64,000 nucleotides of DNA, from assembly GCA_964016885.1 (NCBI GenBank), contig OZ024744.1, positions 127,224,001 through 127,288,000 on the forward strand, given 5' to 3'. Below are positions 37,396-48,149 of this stretch, in pieces (position 1 is the stretch's first letter; the number at the start of each line of letters is the position of its first letter). A model generated the notes under the pieces. It worked only from the letters and a program-made list of their open reading frames with translations. It was not told the origin of the DNA and did not search any database. This DNA comes from Eledone cirrhosa. Its lineage: Eukaryota. The position numbers were made by a program, and so were the translations under genes.

Positions 37396-40300
37396 AACTT
37401 AAGTTGGGGTTAAGTTAAGATGGGGTTAAGTTAAGTTGGGGGTAAGTTAAGTTGGGGGCAAGTTGAGTTGGGGTTAAGTTAAGTTGGGGTTAAGGTAAGG
37501 TGGGGGTAAGTTAAGTTGGGGGTAAGTTAAGTTGGCGTTAAGTTAAGTTGGGGTTAAGTTAAGTTGGGTTTAAGTTAAGTTGGGGCTAAGTTAAGTTGGG
37601 GCTAAGTTAAGTTGGGGCTGAGTTAAGTTGGGGTTGAGTTAAGTTGGGGTTAACTTAAGTTGGGGTTAAGATGGGGTTAAGTTAAGTTGGGGGTTAGTTA
37701 AGTTGGGGGCAAGTTAAGTTGGGGTTAATTTAAGTTGGGGTTAAGTTAAGTTGGGGTTATGTTAAGTTGGGGTTAAGTTAAGTTGGGGTTAAGTTAAGTT
37801 GGGGGTAAGTTAACTGGGGTTAAGTTAAGTTGGGGGTAAGTTAAGTTGAGGCTAAGTTAAGTTGGGGTTAAGTTAAGTTGGGGTTCAATTAAGTTGGGGG
37901 TAAGTTAAGTTGGGGGTAAGTTAAGTTGGGGTTAAGTTAAGTTGGCGTTAAATTAAATTGAGGTTAAGTTAAGTTGGGGTTAAGTTAAGTTGGGGTTAAG
38001 TTAAGTTGGGGTTAAGATAAGTTGGGGCTAAGTTCAGTTGGGGCTAAGTCAAGTTGGGGTTAAGTCAAGTTGAGGTTAACTTAAGTTGGGGTTAAGTTAA
38101 GTTGGGGTTAAGTTAAGTTGGGGTTAAGGTAAGTTGGGGTTATGTTAAGTTGGGGCTAAGTTAAGTTGGGGCTAAGTTAAGTTGGGGCTAAGTTAAGTTG
38201 GGGCTGAGTTAAGTTGGGGTTAAGTTAAGTTGGGGTTGAGTTAAGTTGGGGTTAAGTTAAGTTGGGATTAAGTTAAGTTGGGGTTAAGTTAAGTTCGGCT
38301 TGAGTTAAGTTGGGGTTAAGTTAAGTTGGGGTTAATTTAAGTTGGGGTTAAGTTAAGTTGGGGGTAAGTTAAGTTGGGTGTAAGTTAAGTTGGGGTTAAG
38401 TTAAGTTGGGGTTCAGTTCAGTTGGGGTTAAGTTAAGTTGGGGTTAAGTTAAGTTGTGGTTAAGTTAAGCTGGGGGTAAGTTAAGTTGGGGTTAAGTTAA
38501 GTTGGGGTTAAGTTAAGTTGGGGGTAAGATAAGTTGGGGCTAAGTTAAGTAGGGGCTAAGTCAAGTTGGGGTTAAGTCAAGTTGAGGTTAACTTAAGTTG
38601 GGGTTAAGTTAAGTTGGGGTTAAGTTAAGTTGGGGCTAAGTTAAGTTGGGGCTAAGTTAAGTTGGGGCTGAGTTAATTTGGGGTTAAGTTAAGTTGGGGT
38701 TAAGTTAAGTTAGGGTTAATTTCAGTTGGGGTTATGTTAAGTTGGGGTTAAGTTAAAGTTGGGGTTAAGTTAAGTTGGGGTTAAGTTAAAGTTGGGGTTA
38801 AGTTAAGTTGGGGTAAAGTTAAGTTAGGGTTAAGTTAAGTTGGGGTTAAGTTAAGTTGGGCTTAAATTAAGTTGGGGTTAAGTTAAGTTGGGGTTAAGTT
38901 AAGTTGGGGTTAAATTAAGTTGGGGTTCAGTTAAGTTGGGGTTAAATTAAGTTGGGGTTAAGTTAAGTTGGGGTTAGTTAAGTTGGGGTTAAGTTAAGTT
39001 GGGGTTAAGTTAAGTTGGGGTTAAGTTAAGTTGGGGTTAAGTTAAGTTGGGGTTAAGTTAAGTTGGGGTTAAGTTAAGTTGGGGTTAAATTAAGTTGGGG
39101 CTCAGTTAAGTTGGGGTTAAGTTAAGTTGGGGTTAAGTTAAGTTGGGGTTAGTTAAGTTGGGGTTAAGTTAAGTTGGGGTTAAGTTAAGTTGGCGTTAAG
39201 TTAAGTTGGGGTTAAGTTAAGTTGGGGTTAATTTAAGTTGGGGTTAAGATAAGGTGTGGTTAAGTTAAGTTGGGGGTAAGTTAAGTTGGGTGTAAGTTAA
39301 GTTGGGGTTAAGTTAAGTTGGGGTTCAGTTCAGTTGGGGTTAAGTTAAGTTGGGGTTAAGTTAAGCTGGGGGTAAGTTAAGTTGGGGTTAAGTTAAGTTG
39401 GGGTTAAGTTAAGTTGGGGTTAAGTTAAGTTGGGGTTAAGTTAAGTTGGGGTTAAGTTAAGTTGGAGTTAAGTTAAGTTGGGGTTAAGCTAAGTTGGGGT
39501 TCAGTTAAGTTGGGGTTAAGTTAATTTGGGGCTGAGTTAAGTTGGGGTTAAGTTAAGTTCGGGTTGAGTTAAGTTGGGGTTAAGTTAAGTTGGGGTTAAG
39601 TTAAGTTGGGGTTAAGTTAAGTTGGGGTTAAGATAAGTTGGGGTTAAGTTAAGTTGGGGTTAATTTAAGTTGGGGTGAGGTAATTTGGGTTTAAGTTAAG
39701 TTGGGCTTAACTTAAGTTGGGGTTAAGTTGGGGTTAAGTTAAGTTGGGGTTAAGTTAAGTTGGGGGTAAGTTAAGTTGGGGGCAAGTTAAGTTGGGGTTA
39801 ATTTAAGTTGGGGTTAAGTTAAGTTGGGGTTATGTTAAGTTGGGGTTATGTTAAGTTGGGGTTAAGTTAAGTTGGGGTTAAGTTAAGTTGGGGGTAAGTT
39901 AAGTTGATGGTAAGTTAAGTTGGGGTTAAGTTAAGTTGGGGTTAAGTTAAGTTGGGGGTAAGATAAGTTGGGGCTAAGTTAAGTTGGGCTTAACTTAAGT
40001 TGGGGTTAAGTTGGGGTTAATTTAAGTTGGGGTTAAGTTAAGTTGGGGTTAAGGTAAGTTGGGGTTAAGTTAAGTTGGGGCTAAGTTAAGTTGGGGCTAA
40101 GTTAAGTTGGGGCTGAGTTAAGTTGGGGTTAAGTTGGGGTTGAGTTAAGTTGGGGTTAAGTTAAGTTGGGGTTAACTTAAGTTGGGGTTAAGTTAAGATG
40201 GGGGCAAGTTGAGTTGGGGTTAAGTTAAGTTGGGGTTAAGTTAAGGTGGGGGTAAGTTAAGTTGGGGGTAAGTTAAGTTGGCGTTAAGTTAAGTTGGGGT

Positions 40301-43300
40301 TAAGTTAAGTTGGGTTTAAGTTAAGTTGGGGCTAAGTTAAGTTGGGGCTAAGTTAAGTTGGGGCTGAGTTAAGTTGGGGTTGAGTTAAGTTGGGGTTAAC
40401 TTAAGTTGGGGTTAAGTTGGGGTTAAGTTAAGTTGGGGGTTAGTTAAGTTGGTGGCAAGTTAAGTTGGGGTTAATTTAAGTTGGGGTTAAGTTAAGTTGG
40501 GGTTATGTTAAGTTGGGGTTATGTTAAGTTGGGGTTAAGTTAAGTTGGGGTTAAGTTAAGTTGGGGGTAAGTTAACTGGGGTTAAGTTAAGTTGGGGGTA
40601 AGTTAAGTTGAGGCTAAGTTAAGTTGGGGTTAAGTTAAGTTGGGGTTCAATTAAGTTGGGGGTAAGTTAAGTTGGGGGTAAGTTAAGTTGGGGTTAAGTT
40701 AAGTTGGGGTTAAATTAAGTTGAGGTTAAGTTAAGTTGGGGTTAAGTTAAGTTGGAGTTAAGTTAAGTTGGGGTTAAGATAAGTTGGGGCTAAGTTCAGT
40801 TGGGGCTAAGTCAAGTTGGGGTTAAGTCAAGTTGAGGTTAACTTAAGTTGGGGTTAAGTTAAGTTGGGGTTAAGGTAAGTTGGGGTTAAGGTAAGTTGGG
40901 GTTATGTTAAGTTGGGGCTAAGTTAAGTTGGGGCTAATTTAAGTTGGGGCTAAGTTAAGTTGGGGCTGAGTTAAGTTGGGGTTAAGTTAAGTTGGGGTTG
41001 AGTTAAGTTGGGGTTAAGTTAAGTTGGGATTAAGTTAAGTTGGGGTTAAGTTAAGTTCGGCTTGAGTTAAGTTGGGGTTAAGTTAAGTTGGGGTTAATTT
41101 AAGTTGGGGTTAAGTTAAGTTGGGGGTAAGTTAAGTTGGGTGTAAGTTAAGTTGGGGTTAAGTTAAGTTGGGGTTCATTTCAGTTGGGGTTAAGTTAAGT
41201 TGGGGTTAAGTTAAGTTGGGGTTAAGTTAAGCTGGGGGTAAGTTAAGTTGGGGTTAAGTTAAGTTGGGGTTAAGTTAAGTTGGGGTTAAGTTAAGTTGGA
41301 GTTAAGTTAAGTTGGGGTTAAGCTAAGTTGGGGTTCAGTTAAGTTGGGGTTAAGTTAATTTGGGGCTGAGTTAAGTTGGGGTTAAGTTAAGTTCGGGTTG
41401 AGTTAAGTTGGGGTTAAGTTAAGTTGGGGTTAAGTTAAGTTGGGGTTAAGATAAGTTGGGGTTAAGTTAAGTTGGGGTTAATTTAAGTTGGGGTTGAGTT
41501 AATTTGGGTTTAAGTTAAGTTGGGCTTAACTTAAGTTGGGGTTAAGTTGGGGTTAAGTTAAGTTGGGGTTAAGTTAAGTTGGGGGTAAGTTAAGTTGGGG
41601 GCAAGTTAAGTTGGGGTTAATTTAAGTTGGGGTTAAGTTAAGTTGGGGTTATGTTAAGTTGGGGTTATGTTAAGTTGGGGTTAAGTTAAGTTGGGGTTAA
41701 GTTAAGTTGGGGGTAACTTAAGTTGGGGTTAAGTTGAGGGTAAGTTAAGTTGAGGGTAAGTTAAGTTGAGGTTAAGTTAAGTTGGGGTTAAGTTAAGTTG
41801 GGGGTAAGTTAAGTTGGGGCTAAGTTAAGTTGGGCTTAACTTAAGTTGGGGTTAAGTTGGGGTTAATTTAAGTTGGGGTTAAGTTAAGTTGGGGTTAAGG
41901 TAAGTTGGGGTTAAGTTAAGTTGGGGCTAAGTTAAGTTGGGGCTAAGTTAAGTTGGGGCTGAGTTAAGTTGGGGTTAAGTTGGGGTTGAGTTAAGTTGGG
42001 GTTAAGTTAAGTTGGGGTTAACTTAAGTTGGGGTTAAGTTAAGATGGGGTTAAGTTAAGTTGGGGGTAAGTTAAGTTGGGGGCAAGTTGAGTTGGGGTTA
42101 AGTTAAGTTGGGGTTAAGGTAAGGTGGGGGTAAGTTAAGTTGGGGGTAAGTTAAGTTGGCGTTAAGTTAAGTTGGGGTTAAGTTAAGTTGGGTTTAAGTT
42201 AAGTTGGGGCTAAGTTAAGTTGGGGCTAAGTTAAGTTGGGGCTGAGTTAAGTTGGGGTTGAGTTAAGTTGGGGTTAACTTAAGTTGGGGTTAAGATGGGG
42301 TTAAGTTAAGTTGGGGGTTAGTTAAGTTGGGGGCAAGTTAAGTTGGGGTTAATTTAAGTTGGGGTTAAGTTAAGTTGGGGTTATGTTAAGTTGGGGTTAA
42401 GTTAAGTTGGGGTTAAGTTAAGTTGGGGGTAAGTTAACTGGGGTTAAGTTAAGTTGGGGGTAAGTTAAGTTGAGGCTAAGTTAAGTTGGGGTTAAGTTAA
42501 GTTGGGGTTCAATTAAGTTGGGGGTAAGTTAAGTTGGGGGTAAGTTAAGTTGGGGTTAAGTTAAGTTGGCGTTAAATTAAATTGAGGTTAAGTTAAGTTG
42601 GGGTTAAGTTAAGTTGGGGTTAAGTTAAGTTGGGGTTAAGATAAGTTGGGGCTAAGTTCAGTTGGGGCTAAGTCAAGTTGGGGTTAAGTCAAGTTGAGGT
42701 TAACTTAAGTTGGGGTTAAGTTAAGTTGGGGTTAAGTTAAGTTGGGGTTAAGGTAAGTTGGGGTTATGTTAAGTTGGGGCTAAGTTAAGTTGGGGCTAAG
42801 TTAAGTTGGGGCTAAGTTAAGTTGGGGCTGAGTTAAGTTGGGGTTAAGTTAAGTTGGGGTTGAGTTAAGTTGGGGTTAAGTTAAGTTGGGATTAAGTTAA
42901 GTTGGGGTTAAGTTAAGTTCGGCTTGAGTTAAGTTGGGGTTAAGTTAAGTTGGGGTTAATTTAAGTTGGGGTTAAGTTAAGTTGGGGGTAAGTTAAGTTG
43001 GGTGTAAGTTAAGTTGGGGTTAAGTTAAGTTGGGGTTCAGTTCAGTTGGGGTTAAGTTAAGTTGGGGTTAAGTTAAGTTGTGGTTAAGTTAAGCTGGGGG
43101 TAAGTTAAGTTGGGGTTAAGTTAAGTTGGGGTTAAGTTAAGTTGGGGGTAAGATAAGTTGGGGCTAAGTTAAGTAGGGGCTAAGTCAAGTTGGGGTTAAG
43201 TCAAGTTGAGGTTAACTTAAGTTGGGGTTAAGTTAAGTTGGGGTTAAGTTAAGTTGGGGCTAAGTTAAGTTGGGGCTAAGTTAAGTTGGGGCTGAGTTAA

Positions 43301-46300
43301 TTTGGGGTTAAGTTAAGTTGGGGTTAAGTTAAGTTAGGGTTAATTTCAGTTGGGGTTATGTTAAGTTGGGGTTAAGTTAAAGTTGGGGTTAAGTTAAGTT
43401 GGGGTAAAGTTAAGTTAGGGTTAAGTTAAGTTGGGGTTAAGTTAAGTTGGGCTTAAATTAAGTTGGGGTTAAGTTAAGTTGGGGTTAAGTTAAGTTGGGG
43501 TTAAATTAAGTTGGGGTTCAGTTAAGTTGGGGTTAAATTAAGTTGGGGTTAAGTTAAGTTGGGGTTAGTTAAGTTGGGGTTAAGTTAAGTTGGGGTTAAG
43601 TTAAGTTGGGGTTAAGTTAAGTTGGGGTTAAGTTAAGTTGGGGTTAAGTTAAGTTGGGGTTAAGTTAAGTTGGGGTTAAATTAAGTTGGGGCTCAGTTAA
43701 GTTGGGGTTAAGTTAAGTTGGGGTTAAGTTAAGTTGGGGTTAGTTAAGTTGGGGTTAAGTTAAGTTGGGGTTAAGTTAAGTTGGCGTTAAGTTAAGTTGG
43801 GGTTAAGTTAAGTTGGGGTTAATTTAAGTTGGGGTTAAGATAAGGTGTGGTTAAGTTAAGTTGGGGGTAAGTTAAGTTGGGTGTAAGTTAAGTTGGGGTT
43901 AAGTTAAGTTGGGGTTCAGTTCAGTTGGGGTTAAGTTAAGTTGGGGTTAAGTTAAGCTGGGGGTAAGTTAAGTTGGGGTTAAGTTAAGTTGGGGTTAAGT
44001 TAAGTTGGGGTTAAGTTAAGTTGGGGTTAAGTTAAGTTGGGGTTAAGTTAAGTTGGAGTTAAGTTAAGTTGGGGTTAAGCTAAGTTGGGGTTCAGTTAAG
44101 TTGGGGTTAAGTTAATTTGGGGCTGAGTTAAGTTGGGGTTAAGTTAAGTTCGGGTTGAGTTAAGTTGGGGTTAAGTTAAGTTGGGGTTAAGTTAAGTTGG
44201 GGTTAAGTTAAGTTGGGGTTAAGATAAGTTGGGGTTAAGTTAAGTTGGGGTTAATTTAAGTTGGGGTGAGGTAATTTGGGTTTAAGTTAAGTTGGGCTTA
44301 ACTTAAGTTGGGGTTAAGTTGGGGTTAAGTTAAGTTGGGGTTAAGTTAAGTTGGGGGTAAGTTAAGTTGGGGGCAAGTTAAGTTGGGGTTAATTTAAGTT
44401 GGGGTTAAGTTAAGTTGGGGTTATGTTAAGTTGGGGTTATGTTAAGTTGGGGTTAAGTTAAGTTGGGGTTAAGTTAAGTTGGGGGTAAGTTAAGTTGATG
44501 GTAAGTTAAGTTGGGGTTAAGTTAAGTTGGGGTTAAGTTAAGTTGGGGGTAAGATAAGTTGGGGCTAAGTTAAGTTGGGCTTAACTTAAGTTGGGGTTAA
44601 GTTGGGGTTAATTTAAGTTGGGGTTAAGTTAAGTTGGGGTTAAGGTAAGTTGGGGTTAAGTTAAGTTGGGGCTAAGTTAAGTTGGGGCTAAGTTAAGTTG
44701 GGGCTGAGTTAAGTTGGGGTTAAGTTGGGGTTGAGTTAAGTTGGGGTTAAGTTAAGTTGGGGTTAACTTAAGTTGGGGTTAAGTTAAGATGGGGGCAAGT
44801 TGAGTTGGGGTTAAGTTAAGTTGGGGTTAAGTTAAGGTGGGGGTAAGTTAAGTTGGGGGTAAGTTAAGTTGGCGTTAAGTTAAGTTGGGGTTAAGTTAAG
44901 TTGGGTTTAAGTTAAGTTGGGGCTAAGTTAAGTTGGGGCTAAGTTAAGTTGGGGCTGAGTTAAGTTGGGGTTGAGTTAAGTTGGGGTTAACTTAAGTTGG
45001 GGTTAAGTTGGGGTTAAGTTAAGTTGGGGGTTAGTTAAGTTGGGGGCAAGTTAAGTTGGGGTTAATTTAAGTTGGGGTTAAGTTAAGTTGGGGTTATGTT
45101 AAGTTGGGGTTATGTTAAGTTGGGGTTAAGTTAAGTTGGGGTTAAGTTAAGTTGGGGGTAAGTTAACTGGGGTTAAGTTAAGTTGGGGGTAAGTTAAGTT
45201 GAGGCTAAGTTAAGTTGGGGTTAAGTTAAGTTGGGGTTCAATTAAGTTGGGGGTAAGTTAAGTTGGGGGTAAGTTAAGTTGGGGTTAAGTTAAGTTGGGG
45301 TTAAATTAAGTTGAGGTTAAGTTAAGTTGGGGTTAAGTTAAGTTGGAGTTAAGTTAAGTTGGGGTTAAGATAAGTTGGGGCTAAGTTCAGTTGGGGCTAA
45401 GTCAAGTTGGGGTTAAGTCAAGTTGAGGTTAACTTAAGTTGGGGTTAAGTTAAGTTGGGGTTAAGGTAAGTTGGGGTTAAGGTAAGTTGGGGTTATGTTA
45501 AGTTGGGGCTAAGTTAAGTTGGGGCTAATTTAAGTTGGGGCTAAGTTAAGTTGGGGCTGAGTTAAGTTGGGGTTAAGTTAAGTTGGGGTTGAGTTAAGTT
45601 GGGGTTAAGTTAAGTTGGGATTAAGTTAAGTTGGGGTTAAGTTAAGTTCGGCTTGAGTTAAGTTGGGGTTAAGTTAAGTTGGGGTTAATTTAAGTTGGGG
45701 TTAAGTTAAGTTGGGGGTAAGTTAAGTTGGGTGTAAGTTAAGTTGGGGTTAAGTTAAGTTGGGGTTCATTTCAGTTGGGGTTAAGTTAAGTTGGGGTTAA
45801 GTTAAGTTGGGGTTAAGTTAAGCTGGGGGTAAGTTAAGTTGGGGTTAAGTTAAGTTGGGGTTAAGTTAAGTTGGGGTTAAGTTAAGTTGGAGTTAAGTTA
45901 AGTTGGGGTTAAGCTAAGTTGGGGTTCAGTTAAGTTGGGGTTAAGTTAATTTGGGGCTGAGTTAAGTTGGGGTTAAGTTAAGTTCGGGTTGAGTTAAGTT
46001 GGGGTTAAGTTAAGTTGGGGTTAAGTTAAGTTGGGGTTAAGATAAGTTGGGGTTAAGTTAAGTTGGGGTTAATTTAAGTTGGGGTTGAGTTAATTTGGGT
46101 TTAAGTTAAGTTGGGCTTAACTTAAGTTGGGGTTAAGTTGGGGTTAAGTTAAGTTGGGGTTAAGTTAAGTTGGGGGTAAGTTAAGTTGGGGGCAAGTTAA
46201 GTTGGGGTTAATTTAAGTTGGGGTTAAGTTAAGTTGGGGTTATGTTAAGTTGGGGTTATGTTAAGTTGGGGTTAAGTTAAGTTGGGGTTAAGTTAAGTTG

Positions 46301-46406
46301 GGGGTAACTTAAGTTGGGGTTAAGTTGAGGGTAAGTTAAGTTGAGGGTAAGTTAAGTTGAGGTTAAGTTAAGTTGGGGTTAAGTTAAGTTGGGGGTAAGT
46401 TAAGTT
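37195..46406 (+). repeat. Direct tandem duplication of ~4.6 kb (37,195-41,815 and 41,815-46,406)
   Basis: AAGTAGGGG (A at 38551 vs 43175, offset 4,624); TTCATTTCAG (C at 41176 vs 45767, offset 4,591); AGGTGTGG (39252 vs 43843, offset 4,591). A 33-bp indel near 38,770 explains the offset change. Confidence 0.9.
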
Positions 46407-48149
46407 GGGGGTAAGTTAAGTTGAGGTTAAGTTAAGTTGGGGTTAAATTAAGTTGAGGTTAAGTTAATTTGGGGTTAAGTTAAGTTGGGGTTAAGTTAAG
46501 TTGGGGGTAAGATAAGTCGGGGCTAAGTTAAGTTGGGGCTAAGTCAAGTTGGGGTTAAGTCAAGTTGAGGTTAACTTAAGTTGGGGTTAATTTAAGTTGG
46601 GGTTAAGTTAAGTTGGGGTTAAGGTAAGTTGGGGTTAAGTTAAGTTGGGGCTAAGTTAAGTTGGGGTTGAGTTAAGTTGGGGTTGAGTTAAGTTGGGGTT
46701 GAGATATGTTGGGGTTAAGTTAAGTTGGGGTTAAGTTAAGTTGGGGGTAAGTTAAGTTGGGGGCGAGTTAAGTTGGGGTTAAGTTAAGTTGGGGTTAAGT
46801 TAAGTTGGGGTTAAGTTAAGTTAGGGTTAATTTCAGTTGGGGTTATGTTAAGTTGGCGTTAAGTTAAGTTGGGGTTAAGTTAAAGTTGGGGTTAAGTTAA
46901 GTTGGGGTAAAGTTAAGTTAGGGTTAAGTTAAGTTGGGGTTAAGTTAAGTTGGGGTTAAGTTAAGTTGGGGTTAAGTTAAGTTGGAGTTAAGTTAAGTTG
47001 GGGTTAACTTATGTTGAGGTTAAGTTGGGGTTAAGTTAAGTTGGGGTTAAGTTAAGTTGGGGGTTAGTTAAGTTGGGGGCAAGTTAAGTTGGGGTTAATT
47101 TAAGTTGGGGTTAAGTTAAGTTGGGGTTATGCTAAGTTGGGGTTAAGTTAAGTTGGGGTTAAGTTAAGTTGGGGGTAAGTTAAGTTGGGGTTAAGTTAAG
47201 TTGGGGGTAAGTTAAGTTGGGGGTAAGTTAAGTTGAGGGTAAGTTAAGTTGGGGTTAAGTTAAGTTGGGGTTAAATTGAGTTGGGGGTAAGTTAAGTTGG
47301 GGGTAAGTTAAGTTGGGGTTAAGTTAAGTTGGGGTTAAGTTAAGTTGGGGTTAAGTTAAGGTGGGGGTAAGTTAAGTTGGGGTTAAGTTAATTTGCGGTT
47401 AAGTTAGGTTGTGGGTTAAGTTAAGTTGGGGTTAAGTTAAGCTGGGGTTAAGTTGGGGTAAGTTAAGTTGGGGTTAAGTTAAGTTGGGGTTAAGTTAAGT
47501 TGGGGTTAAGTTAAGTTGGGGGTAAGTTAAGTTGGGGTTAAGTTAAGTTGGGGTTAAGTTGGGGTTAAGTTAAGTTGGGGGTAAGATAAGTTGGGGCTAA
47601 GTTAAGTTGGGGCTAAGTCAAGTTGGGGTTAAGTCAAGTTGAGGTTAACTTAAGTTGGGGTTAAGTTAAGTTGGGGTTAAGTTAAGTTGGGGTTAAGGTA
47701 AGTTGGGGTTAAGTTAAGTTGGGGCTAAGTTAAGTTGGGGCTAAGTTAAGTTGGGGCTGAGTTAAGTTGGGGTTAAGTTGGGGTTGAGTTAATTTGGGGT
47801 TAAGTTAAGTTGGGATTAATTAAGTTGGGGTTAAGTTAAGTTCGGGTTGAGTTAAGTTGGGGTTAAGTTAAGTTGGGGTTAATTTAAGTTGGGGTTAAGT
47901 TAAGTTGGGGTTAAGATAAGTTGGGGTTAAGTTAAGTTGGGGTTAAGTTAAGTTGGGGTTGAGTTAATTTGGGGTTAAGTTAAGTTGGGGTTAACTTAAG
48001 TTTGGGTTAAGTTAAGTTGGGGTTAAGTTAAGTTGGGGGTAAGTTAAGTTGGGTGCAAGTTGAGTTGGGGTTAAGTTAAGTTGGGGTTAAGTTAAGGTGG
48101 GGGTAAGTTAAGTTGGGGGTAAGTTAAGTTGGGGTTAAGTTAAGTTGGG

